Shown here piece after piece: positions 9,744-18,724 of a DNA stretch of 64,000 nucleotides. The notes beneath the pieces were generated by a model. The model was not told the origin of the DNA and made no database searches. It saw nothing but the letters and a program-made list of their open reading frames with translations. The DNA is from Acidobacteriota bacterium (GTDB taxonomy: Bacteria; Acidobacteriota; CAIWXX01): assembly GCA_040755995.1 (NCBI GenBank), contig JBFMAF010000033.1, forward strand, positions 1 through 64,000. The letters are read 5' to 3'. The stretch's first letter is position 1; each line of letters begins with the position of its first letter. The position numbers and the translations under genes are program-made.

Positions 9744-11318
9744 TTACGAAGGGCTCCGCGGGGACTGCGAGACCGCGGCGGCGCGGCGATTCTCCTCGAC
9801 CGTCCGGTACCGCTCGCCGGCATTGTAGCTGCAGAAGGGTACGATCTTGCCGTCGGTGGTCACGTACTTGATGATGCAACGGTTGAGGCGCCTCAGGTTG
9901 TAGTTGTACGGATCCATGAAGTGCATGCCCGCTACGAACAGTCCGTTGAACCCTCGCTGATCCCAATCGGGAGCGCGGCCCACGGACTTGTCCTCCCATC
10001 CGTCCAGGCCGTGCAGAAGCCTCTCGAATGTGAGGCCTGCAGGCGCGCCGCGCCGATCGAAGCATGACGAGAGCTGTCGCGTCTGTAGCAGGCGTGAGAC
10101 CCGCCCCCCTAGAAATCCACGCCCGGTTGGAGCCAGCTTGCCGACCGCGTCGAAGAACTTCTCCATGTCAAGGAACTGGTTCACGCATGTCGCGGTGTTC
10201 TCCCTGTCGACGAAGAAGTAGGTGCCGACGGAGCAGTGGGCGTCGCATTCGGCATGGAGCAGCGGTTCGCCGCGAAGAGACGAGAGACCCCGTGTGATCA
10301 GAGATACTGCGTTCAGCGGGAACCAGTCCTCCGGCGTCCGCGTGAGGCCGGTCTGTTTCCCGAACTCGATCGCCATGTCCGCGAGATTGAACGAGGGGGA
10401 TCCGTCTTCCTTCGGCTCAGGGATGCGGCCGATGCGCGCCGCCGGCTGCATGCTGATGCCCGTCACATGCCTGCTGTGCTCGATGGCGAACCGGAAGATC
10501 GGCCCGATCTGGTCGACGTTTATCGACGAAACCACCGTCGGAACCAGCACTATTCGCATGTTGGTCCGGCAGACATTCTCCACCGTACGCAGCTTCTTAT
10601 CGAGCAGGCGTCTCCCTCTAAGCTTCAGGTAAACCTCGTCGTTCATCCCGTCGAACTGCAGGTACAGCGTCTGGAGTCCCTCAGATTCGCAGAGGCTAAC
10701 GTAGCCTCCGTCGCCGAACAGGAGTCCGTTCGTGGCGACCTGAATGTGGTCGAAGCCCATCTGCCGGGCCATCGCTATGATGCGGGGGAATTTCGGGTGA
10801 ATCGTCGGCTCGCCGCCCGAGAACTGTATATGAGTGCAGCCCACGGGAGAACGCCTCTGGATCACAAGCAGCATCTCGCGTATGGTCTCTTCATCGAGGA
10901 AGTAGGCGTCTGGCGAGCCGTCCGTTTCGGCGAAGCAGACGGGGCACTTCAGATTGCAGCGATCGGTGATGTCGATAACCGCGAGCAACGGCGCATCGTC
11001 CTGATGCTCGATTCCGGACTCGCTGCCGTCCGGCCCGAACACCTTCGCGTTCCACGCATCGAGTTTGCGGTAGAGGCGCGAGTCGGAGAAGATGAGCGTC
11101 TCGACGGGCCTGCACCGCGGGCAGTCCATGCGCTGGTAGACCTTGCCTTCCCGCTCCAGGATCCGCGCCAGCAGCCTCGCGCCGCACGCCGGGCAGAGCG
11201 ACTCGGCCTCATCCAGTTGGATGGAGTTTCGATCGTCCCCAGCTCGGCTCTGCCCATGCGCCGATGCGCAGCCGGACGGCGTCAATGATCCGCCGGCCCT
11301 ATCTAGCTGCGTATCCAC
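9744..11318 (-). CDS. Radical SAM protein, tetraether lipid synthase (Tes/GDGT-MAS, MJ0619)-like family
   Basis: N-terminal SLCPAC...GKVY..MDCPRC, DITDRCNLKCPVCFA, QFSGGEPT, ATNG, YLQFDG, CDAHC, GMHFMDPYNY..RL.RCII.Y...DG.IVPFCSYN; start uncertain. Confidence 0.8.
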   Translation of the reverse strand: MDTQLDRAGGSLTPSGCASAHGQSRAGDDRNSIQLDEAESLCPACGARLLARILEREGKVYQRMDCPRCRPVETLIFSDSRLYRKLDAWNAKVFGPDGSESGIEHQDDAPLLAVIDITDRCNLKCPVCFAETDGSPDAYFLDEETIREMLLVIQRRSPVGCTHIQFSGGEPTIHPKFPRIIAMARQMGFDHIQVATNGLLFGDGGYVSLCESEGLQTLYLQFDGMNDEVYLKLRGRRLLDKKLRTVENVCRTNMRIVLVPTVVSSINVDQIGPIFRFAIEHSRHVTGISMQPAARIGRIPEPKEDGSPSFNLADMAIEFGKQTGLTRTPEDWFPLNAVSLITRGLSSLRGEPLLHAECDAHCSVGTYFFVDRENTATCVNQFLDMEKFFDAVGKLAPTGRGFLGGRVSRLLQTRQLSSCFDRRGAPAGLTFERLLHGLDGWEDKSVGRAPDWDQRGFNGLFVAGMHFMDPYNYNLRRLNRCIIKYVTTDGKIVPFCSYNAGERYRTVEENRRAAAVSQSPRSPS

Positions 11319-11452
11319 GGATCAAGGCCCCAGTCATTGGCTTCTCCCCCTCCTAGCTCTGGCGCAGAACGCAACGATAGCAGCCGGAATCGGCCTTCGT
11401 CAACATATTCGTCGAGAATTCCCGAGGGCCTCTGCAGATTCGGGCGGCGCGG

Positions 11453-12028
11453 CTACTGCGCTTCGAGTACTTTCCGGACGCCGTCGTCGCCCAGGATTGT
11501 GGAGATGATCCCGTTCATCTGCCGATAGGCCCGCTGCTCGAGTTGGGCCGTCTCGGCGGGTGACGGCTCATCGAACTTGACGTCGAAGGTCTTGGCGAAC
11601 ACTACGGCGGCCTTCTTCCATATGGTCACGGTGCCTACGAAGTTGCGGTCGGACCATGACGTGAAGACCAGCCGGAGTTCGGGAATATCGCCCGACGGAG
11701 ATGAGTCTCTATACACCCTCCTGAGATCCAACTTCCATAGCGCCTTCTCCCAGCAGTACCATAGATACGATTGGATAGTCGGCGAGGCCTCATAGGTCGT
11801 ATTCTTGTCAGGAGAGTAGTAGTACCAAATGCGGGTGTCTTCCGCCTCGTTCTCGAAATCAGCCAGAAACACCTCTTTGTTCTTGTATCCCTCCAGGTTC
11901 CCGCTGAGATGCGGACTGTAGGAATCCTTGTCAAGCATGACGTGAGGCTTCTTGGCGGCCTGAAGTGGAGCAACAGCCCACGTCAGGAGTAGAATGAGGC
12001 AGCATGGAAGCAGCATCCGGCGCGACAT
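11453..12028 (-). CDS. Secreted hypothetical protein
   Basis: GGAGGAGA RBS; signal peptide ending LQA. Confidence 0.7.
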   Translation of the reverse strand: MSRRMLLPCCLILLLTWAVAPLQAAKKPHVMLDKDSYSPHLSGNLEGYKNKEVFLADFENEAEDTRIWYYYSPDKNTTYEASPTIQSYLWYCWEKALWKLDLRRVYRDSSPSGDIPELRLVFTSWSDRNFVGTVTIWKKAAVVFAKTFDVKFDEPSPAETAQLEQRAYRQMNGIISTILGDDGVRKVLEAQ

Positions 12029-12155
12029 TGTGTCTCCTCCTCTTCTCGATGCCCGGGTATTCATGGTATCAAGCGCGACTCCAGCGCGTCAATCGGACGC
12101 TCACCGGTGCTGGCAGGGTTTGGACTCAAGAACGACGGACGCTTGGGAGGCAACC

Positions 12156-12389
12156 ATGGAATTCGATATCCAGGTGAAACTGGCGGTCTACCGGCACTTC
12201 GCAGAGACGGGGCAGAGGCCGTCGGCGGGCGAAGTGGCACGGCGCATAGGCGCAGACGTCGATCGTGTGCTCGACGCCTATCGTAGGCTTCGCGCTCAGA
12301 GGTTGATCGTCCTCGAAGCCGATGGGTCGTCAATCCGCATGGCCCCTCCGTTCTCAGGTGTAGCGACCCATCTCCTCAGGGATGTCTGA
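12156..12389 (+). pseudogene. Truncated alkylmercury lyase (MerB)-family protein, N-terminal winged-helix part only
   Basis: GGAGG RBS; F..TGQRPS..E.A....V..A...L...RL.VL......IRMAPPFSGVAT then a stop after 77 aa; catalytic region missing. Confidence 0.6.
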
Positions 12390-13102
12390 GAGGACGTAAG
12401 CTCCTGCGTCGTTCCCCCAATGACGATGGTGCCATCGCCTAAGCGTATCGAGTCATAAGCAAGATTGGCGATGCTCTTGCTGAAAGCGTAGGACTTGCTC
12501 CACCGGACCGCACCCGCCGGACCCAAAGACGCCAGGGTGAAGGCGTTGCTGCGGCACGAGCCAGACGTGATGAGGGCGATGCTGGTACCATCCTCCGCGG
12601 CAAGTATGGACGTAACGAACTGAAGCCCCTGGATCGAGGTGTCACGGAATCTGCGCTGCCAGCTGACGCCAAGTTGAGAATCCAGCTTGCAGAGCCAACC
12701 ATAGCAAACAGTCCCATGCACACCGAATGACCATGTGAGGCCCGCGAGCAGCCATCCACTGTCCACCGTCGGGGCAACATCCACGAACATGTCGTCAAAC
12801 GGGCCGCCGATCCCCCGTTGCCAGGTGATGTCACCGGACTCGTCAAGGCACATGATCCATCCATCCACGTCACCCGAGGAGCGGCCCGAGGGTGCCGAAC
12901 CGACCCCGAGCCAACCGCCAGTGGGTAGCGGAACCAGCTTCCCCACGCCCACATTCTCGGCAGTGACTTGCTTCACCCAGTTTGACTTGGCGTGCTCGCC
13001 GTGCGCCGTCCCCCCGGACTCGGCTCTCAGGCCGAAAGGAGGCGCCACCAATAGAAGGGCCATGAATCCTGATACTAGTGAGAATCGGCCACTCGACAGC
13101 AT
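12296..13102 (-). pseudogene. Secreted beta-propeller repeat protein, apparently C-terminally truncated
   Basis: GGAGG RBS, signal peptide, WQRGIGG/WQRRF/WSKSY repeats like 214..1869; the frame runs into the antisense of the merB fragment after ...RRWVAT. Confidence 0.55.
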
Positions 13103-13161
13103 CTCACTCACCTCCTCCTGTTTGAATGATTTGTCGATACCTCCACAAAGCGCATTGTGCG

Positions 13162-14784
13162 TCAGCGCGTGGAAGCGTCGCTGGCTGAGCAGCGGCTGCC
13201 GAGGTCGCCGAAGCCGAGCTTCCTCCTCAGCACCGATCGCCTGGTCTCTGCATAAGGATCATCGGCTGTGCCGAAAATCGGGTGATAGGAATACGATCGA
13301 TCCCTGCGCTGGGCCGGCAGGCCGAAATCGTTCAGCGCCAGGTAATGGCGCATCTGCAGCTTGTATCTGCCCTCGAGACCGAGGAGTCGCTCCAGCATCC
13401 GCTCATTGAGCCAGATCAGGTGACGCATCCCGAACTCCCAGAGGTAGGTGTACCCCTTGAAGAACTTCCAGTCGCCAGGCGTGGGCCGCCACATGCCGAT
13501 GATCTCGCGCCGCACCTTCCATCTCACGAAGTTCAGCTCCTCGGCCGAAAGGTGCCGGGTCCGCACGTTGCTGAAGTATCCGTCATACCAGCGGAAGTCG
13601 CTCATGTTGCGCACGAGGCCGTCCCGGAGCATCTCCTCGCGCAGAGGTGTCTTGGGGTAGGGCGTGAGGAGCTGGTCCATGACGCCCGTGATCCCGAGCC
13701 CCTTGATGAACCGGAAGTTCTCTCTGATGCTGTCGGCATCGTCTTCCGGCAGCCCGTTGATGATGCCGGCGATGACTATTATGCGTTCCTTCTGCAGAGC
13801 CTCCACACCCTTGCGTATGAGGTCCACGGTGTTTGGTTTTCTCAGCGTCCGCAGGTTCTGCGTCGTGTGGTTCTCGATTCCGAGGAAGATGGAGGTAAAC
13901 CCCGCCTGGGCCATCTTCTTCGCAACGCCGGGGCTTCGCGCGAACCCGATGGGGCTCGCCTGTGTCGTGAACATCAGGCCGCGAAGCTTCAGGCCTATGA
14001 CGCCGTCGCAGAGCTGCTCGAACCTGTCCATGTCGAGCGTGATGTTGTCGTCGGTACAAAAGATGTGGCGCGCGCCGCGACTGTATGCGTCCTCGATATC
14101 AGCCAGCACTCGATCGATCGGGAAGACCCTGAACGAGCGCCCGTACATCTCTCGAATGCTGCAGAAATTGCAGTCATACGTACATCCGCGGCTGGTCTCG
14201 ATGACGTCCGCGCGCCGGAAGTACATGTGAAAGCCCCTGGCCACGCGCTTTGATCGCGCAGGGATCCGTATCGTCGCAAGGTCCTCCAGCGGTCGCGGGC
14301 CGTTGTGGATGAACCTCCCGTTGTCTTTGTATGAGAGCCCAAGGATTCCCGAGAGCCCTGAGCCGCTCACTTCGAGACAGTCCAGCAGCTCACCGAAGCT
14401 GAAGTCACCCTCGCCTCTGAAGATGAAGTCCCAGAAATCGCCGTCCGGTCCATCAGCAAGCTGGTCGGCGAACAGCGTCGCGTGGTAGCCGCCCAGCGCG
14501 GTCAGGATCGATGGGTATCGCTCCTTGACCATCTGCGCCAGAGCTGCGGTTGTGTCGTACTGGAAAGTCATCGACGTGAACCCGACGACGTGCGGCTGGA
14601 ACTCGGCGAGCAGGCGCATCAGGCGCCCGACCGCCTGCTTCCGCCATATCGTCATGTCCGCCACCCTCACGTCGTGGCGGTCGATCTGACCGGCGATAGT
14701 CGCCATCGCGATTGAGGGAGGCTCCCACTGGCGACGCGGCACCCATGCGGATGTGGCTGGACTCTGGAGCAACAGTGCGCGCAT
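13162..14784 (-). CDS. B12-binding radical SAM protein (no. 2)
   Basis: LGGYHAT, RGEGD, RGCTYDCNFC, GIEN, LTPYPKT. Confidence 0.9.
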   Translation of the reverse strand: MRALLLQSPATSAWVPRRQWEPPSIAMATIAGQIDRHDVRVADMTIWRKQAVGRLMRLLAEFQPHVVGFTSMTFQYDTTAALAQMVKERYPSILTALGGYHATLFADQLADGPDGDFWDFIFRGEGDFSFGELLDCLEVSGSGLSGILGLSYKDNGRFIHNGPRPLEDLATIRIPARSKRVARGFHMYFRRADVIETSRGCTYDCNFCSIREMYGRSFRVFPIDRVLADIEDAYSRGARHIFCTDDNITLDMDRFEQLCDGVIGLKLRGLMFTTQASPIGFARSPGVAKKMAQAGFTSIFLGIENHTTQNLRTLRKPNTVDLIRKGVEALQKERIIVIAGIINGLPEDDADSIRENFRFIKGLGITGVMDQLLTPYPKTPLREEMLRDGLVRNMSDFRWYDGYFSNVRTRHLSAEELNFVRWKVRREIIGMWRPTPGDWKFFKGYTYLWEFGMRHLIWLNERMLERLLGLEGRYKLQMRHYLALNDFGLPAQRRDRSYSYHPIFGTADDPYAETRRSVLRRKLGFGDLGSRCSASDASTR

Positions 14785-14793
14785 GGACGGACC

Positions 14794-15054
14794 TCACGAC
14801 TGAGTGAGCTTCGTTTGAACGGCCGAGCAGATCCCCTCGACGGTCTCGAGGCGGTTCAGCTTGATCTCGCGCGGCATGAACTCGACGGCAAAGCTCGACT
14901 CTATGAAGTTGATGAGCTTCAGCGTGCCTATCGAATCGATGATCCCCGAAGTCATGAGCGGCGTGTCGTCGGCCAGAGCGTCCGGATCCTCGCCCTGCAG
15001 GTGATGGTCCAGAATGTACTGCCTGATGGCGGCCTTCAACTCCACTTCGGCCAT
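14794..15054 (-). CDS. Acyl carrier protein (second, divergent)
   Basis: 86 aa; GIIDSIGTLKLINFIESSF motif; AAGGAG RBS. Confidence 0.85.
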   Translation of the reverse strand: MAEVELKAAIRQYILDHHLQGEDPDALADDTPLMTSGIIDSIGTLKLINFIESSFAVEFMPREIKLNRLETVEGICSAVQTKLTQS

Positions 15055-15250
15055 TCGCGGTCAGTCTCCTTTATCTGAGCGATCGCATCGCGGCTGCCCC
15101 CCGCCTCGCCGTTCCACAGTATGAACGAAAATACGGTCGGAGGGCAAGAGGCGCCAACGGTGACGGGATGCCGGTGTTCCTCGAGCTCCACCTTCGCTGC
15201 AAAGGGCGCCTGGCATTGATGGCACCGCATTCGGGCCGATCCAATCTGAA

Positions 15251-16255
15251 TCATGTGCGCGCCAAAGTTGCGCCCCATGTGAACCCGATCCCCGCCGACG
15301 CGAATAGTAGCGTCTGGCCCTCGCGAATCCTCTTCTGCTCCATCAGATCCGTGTAGTTGATGAGGAGGTCGCTGGCGAACGTATGGCCGAGTCGATCCAG
15401 GTTCGCGCGATAGACCTTCTCAGGCTGTATGCCCAGCGCGCGAACAAACCCGTCCTGGTCCGGCGCGCTGATGTTCGAGTAGATGAAGTGATCGACCGCG
15501 TCGAGCCCAATGGAGTGCCTCTCCAGAAGGCCGTGCACCAGGCGATAGAAGTGCAGGTAGTAGATCGGCATGACCTCGTTCTCGACCCGGGCCGAGTCGA
15601 CCAGGATCGTTCTACGCATGCGGCCCTCCACGGGCTCCTCCACGAACGATATGACATCGTGCAGATCGGCTACGGTGGCGAGCGCAGTTCCAAGAACTCG
15701 AGCTCCGACCCCACCCTCCATGCGAAGCACCGCGGCGCTTCCAGCGTCTCCTTGTATGGTGACCGGCAGAAGCGTCCGGCTGCCTCGGGGCGGGCTGTCC
15801 GCCGCCACGATGAGAGCGTTGCGGATACCCTGGTCCGCCTGCATCAGCGATTGCGCAGTCTTCACCGCCAGGTGAAAACCCGCGCATCCCCCGATCTTGT
15901 AGCCCAGCACTACGGCCGTATCGAGGCCGATATCGGCGGCAATCTTGTGCGCAAAGGAAACGTAACGGCCCCCCTCGCCCGGGAGCGTGCTGAAGTCAAC
16001 GACCAGGTCGATCTCAGATGACCTAATGCCGGCCCGTTCGATCGCCGACGTGGCGGCCTCCAAGGCCAGCGGATACGGCGAGTCCTCTTCGCACACGCGC
16101 ACGCTGGTGATGCCCAGATGCTCGCATACCCGCCGGCGAAGCGCTCCACTGAGCGGCCGCAGCGCCTCTTCAACCCTGGGGGCTTCCTCCTGCATCACCT
16201 CCGCGGCCTGAACCACTCGCCGCGGCAGAGCGTAGGATGAAGCGGCGATCCTCAT
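15251..16255 (-). CDS. FabH/KAS III-like condensing enzyme with atypical active site
   Basis: GGCAGF catalytic Cys, QGDAGSA, LGHTFASD, SAGIGFTWG; canonical HQAN replaced by SNIS. Confidence 0.8.
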   Translation of the reverse strand: MRIAASSYALPRRVVQAAEVMQEEAPRVEEALRPLSGALRRRVCEHLGITSVRVCEEDSPYPLALEAATSAIERAGIRSSEIDLVVDFSTLPGEGGRYVSFAHKIAADIGLDTAVVLGYKIGGCAGFHLAVKTAQSLMQADQGIRNALIVAADSPPRGSRTLLPVTIQGDAGSAAVLRMEGGVGARVLGTALATVADLHDVISFVEEPVEGRMRRTILVDSARVENEVMPIYYLHFYRLVHGLLERHSIGLDAVDHFIYSNISAPDQDGFVRALGIQPEKVYRANLDRLGHTFASDLLINYTDLMEQKRIREGQTLLFASAGIGFTWGATLART

Positions 16256-17442
16256 CTGAAGGCAACCGCTGCGCAGCCGCCGCCCGCCGATGTGCCAAGC
16301 AGAAGCGTCATGCCGGGATCGCCGCCGGCTTGAGCGTCCCTCGACGCGGCGGCTCCTTCAGCGTCGCCATACGCCTCGCCGAGTCCGGCCAGCGCCGCCG
16401 CAAGCCCGAGCAGTCCGCCTGCATCGAGCTCGCCGATGCACGACTTCGGACAGAGCACCCGCGCGCCAGGGGCGATCGAGCGCAGCTCGCTTATCGCCTC
16501 CCGTTCCACCAGGTCATGCGCAGGCAGCCCGTTCATCGAGGAGACTATGAGGCGCAACGTCGCACCCGGAACGCCGCCGAGAGCCTGTTCCGCGAGCGCC
16601 GCCAGCACTCGTCCCGACTTCGCGGTTCCCGCGGCCGTCGCGTGCGGATCGCCGCCGATCCGGCCTCCGAGAAACCGTGCATACACCTTCTGCGCGCGCC
16701 GCGCAGCATGCGCTGCTTCGGATTCCAGCACAAGCGCGGCGATGCCTTCACCGGGCACCAGCCCATCGGGCTCCCCGCACATGCGGAACGCGCCCGGCGC
16801 TTCGCACTTGCACGCCGGCGAGAGCATCCTACCCGCCTCGTACCATTCGTAGAGGGTCCGAGTGAGCGTATCGCCGGCCACAACCAGGACGCGTTCAGCG
16901 TCTCCAGACCGGACCAGTGAAGCTGCGTGAATGATCGCCGCCTCCCCGGAGATGCCCCGCATCGTCACCGCAAGATTCGGCCCGGTGAGGCCGAACTGTC
17001 GCGCGATGTGCCCGGCCGGCGAGTTCGGCAGGGTTTCGGGGAAGATGATCGGATCGGATTTGGCGTATCCGTACTGGCCGATGTTCACCAGGTAGGCTTC
17101 TGAGAGCTCGAGGCATCCGTAGCCTGTCCCAAGCACGACGCCGAACATGGACCGGTCGAGCCGTCCGAGGTCGATGCCGGCATCTTGCAGGGCGAGAGAT
17201 GCGGCGACGAGCGACCACGTAGACAGCCGATCGAGCCTCCGCGTCTTGAGTCCTGGCACGACCTCGGCGGGGCGAAAAGGTTCGATGAGAAACGCCCTGC
17301 GAGCTCCGGTGGTCGGCCAGGAAGTGATCCTGGCCGGAGCCTTCCCTACTCCGGACGGCAATCCCTTCGATGGCCCGAACACGCTGATGGTCGCGAGTCC
17401 AGAAATGTAGGCGGGAACGCCCGGGTCCATTTGGTGTGTCAT
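16252..17442 (-). CDS. Beta-ketoacyl synthase chain-length-factor-like subunit
   Basis: KS N-terminal fold (RRLDR, GVVLGTGYG, FPETLPNSPAG, GPN); no Cys at the catalytic position (MRGISG) and no HGTGT. Confidence 0.75.
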   Translation of the reverse strand: MTHQMDPGVPAYISGLATISVFGPSKGLPSGVGKAPARITSWPTTGARRAFLIEPFRPAEVVPGLKTRRLDRLSTWSLVAASLALQDAGIDLGRLDRSMFGVVLGTGYGCLELSEAYLVNIGQYGYAKSDPIIFPETLPNSPAGHIARQFGLTGPNLAVTMRGISGEAAIIHAASLVRSGDAERVLVVAGDTLTRTLYEWYEAGRMLSPACKCEAPGAFRMCGEPDGLVPGEGIAALVLESEAAHAARRAQKVYARFLGGRIGGDPHATAAGTAKSGRVLAALAEQALGGVPGATLRLIVSSMNGLPAHDLVEREAISELRSIAPGARVLCPKSCIGELDAGGLLGLAAALAGLGEAYGDAEGAAASRDAQAGGDPGMTLLLGTSAGGGCAAVAFR

Positions 17443-17457
17443 GTGGTACGACCCCGG

Positions 17458-17497
17458 CGGGCTCTCCGCGCCTCCCACTCACCGCGTCCCCGCGTCC
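17458..17497. repeat. Five degenerate tandem octamers
   Basis: CGGGCTCT CCGCGCCT CCCACTCA CCGCGTCC CCGCGTCC, similar to 4636..4683. Confidence 0.6.
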
Positions 17498-17527
17498 GTC
17501 GTGATCTCCGCCGGCTTTCCATGGCAT

Positions 17528-18724
17528 TCACGCCAGGCTGAAGATGAGGCAGGCGTTGCTTCCGCCGAATCCTGCGGAGACGGTCATTCCGACTGAAGGT
17601 CGCGTGCGCCGTGGTTGTCTCTTTATCCAGTCCACGTTGTTGCTGTCGAGTGGGTTCTTCAGTCGAAGCGTCGGAAACAGCAGTCCGCTTCGCAGGCTGG
17701 CTATGGTTGCCACGGCCTCGATCGCTCCCGCAGCCGCCAGGTTGTGCCCGACGTACGACTTGGTCGAAGACACGGGTATCGCCTCGCGCCGATCCCTGAA
17801 GACACGCTCGTAGGCTTTGGCCTCGGCAGCGTCGTTCAACGGAGTTCCGGTTCCGTGGGCATTGACGAAATCGACGTCGTTCGGGCCGATGCCGGCCTTC
17901 CGCATCGCGCGCTCCATGCACAGCGCCAGGCCCGCTCCACCTTCGTGCGGCGCCGTTGGATGATAGGCGTCGTTGCTCATCCCCCATCCTCTGAGCACCG
18001 CGATGACACCGGCGCCCCGCTCGCGAGCGGCAGGCAACGGTTCCATCGCCAGGATGGCCGCGCCCTCGCCGATGTTCAGCCCCTTGCGTTCGCAATCGAA
18101 CGGTATGCAGGGGTCGGGGTCGAGCGCCTGGAGCGCATTGAACCCGCTGAGCGTGAACCGGCACAGTGCGTCGCTCCCGCCGGCGAGCACGAGCGATGTC
18201 GAGCCGTCGAGCAGCATCTGCGCGCCGGTAGAGATCGCGATCGCCCCCGAGGCGCAGGCGACGCTCAGCGCGCACCGGGGCCCGGCAGTGCCGAGATCTG
18301 CGGCCACAGCGTCGGTCACGTGTCCGGGCTGGTAGGAAGTGAGCAAAGAGAAGTCGCCGCCCCTGTAGCATCCTCGCGGATCGGAAGCGACCGCAGGGCG
18401 CACGGCCGTCAGGCCGCCAACTGTCGTGGCAAGGACGACGCCGCATTGCGTCATGTCCCTGATAGAGCCAGCCGCGTCCCGCGCGGAGAGAATCGCCAGC
18501 TGGTCAGTGCGCGAGTATCGGAAACCCTTGCGATTCTGGACATGGAGCGCCCCCGTGATCTGGCAGACGGTCGGGGCCGGTTGGATGTCGATGTCGAAAA
18601 GGCTCAGAGGGGACAGGCAGCTGCGGCACTCCTCGAGACTCCTTTGGACCGCGTCGAGGTTGCACCCGAGGGGACTCTTGATTCCGATGCCGGTGACGGC
18701 GACGGCATCGCGTGCGGTGCTCAT
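17528..18724 (-). CDS. fabF: Beta-ketoacyl-ACP synthase (FabF-like, KS-alpha)
   Basis: VACASG, DAYH, NAHGTGT, KSYVGH, AGFGG; ATGA overlap with the upstream gene. Confidence 0.9.
   Translation of the reverse strand: MSTARDAVAVTGIGIKSPLGCNLDAVQRSLEECRSCLSPLSLFDIDIQPAPTVCQITGALHVQNRKGFRYSRTDQLAILSARDAAGSIRDMTQCGVVLATTVGGLTAVRPAVASDPRGCYRGGDFSLLTSYQPGHVTDAVAADLGTAGPRCALSVACASGAIAISTGAQMLLDGSTSLVLAGGSDALCRFTLSGFNALQALDPDPCIPFDCERKGLNIGEGAAILAMEPLPAARERGAGVIAVLRGWGMSNDAYHPTAPHEGGAGLALCMERAMRKAGIGPNDVDFVNAHGTGTPLNDAAEAKAYERVFRDRREAIPVSSTKSYVGHNLAAAGAIEAVATIASLRSGLLFPTLRLKNPLDSNNVDWIKRQPRRTRPSVGMTVSAGFGGSNACLIFSLA

Noticed and set aside
12156..12389. Mercury resistance operon
   Set aside because: Only a truncated merB-like fragment; no merA, merR or transport genes
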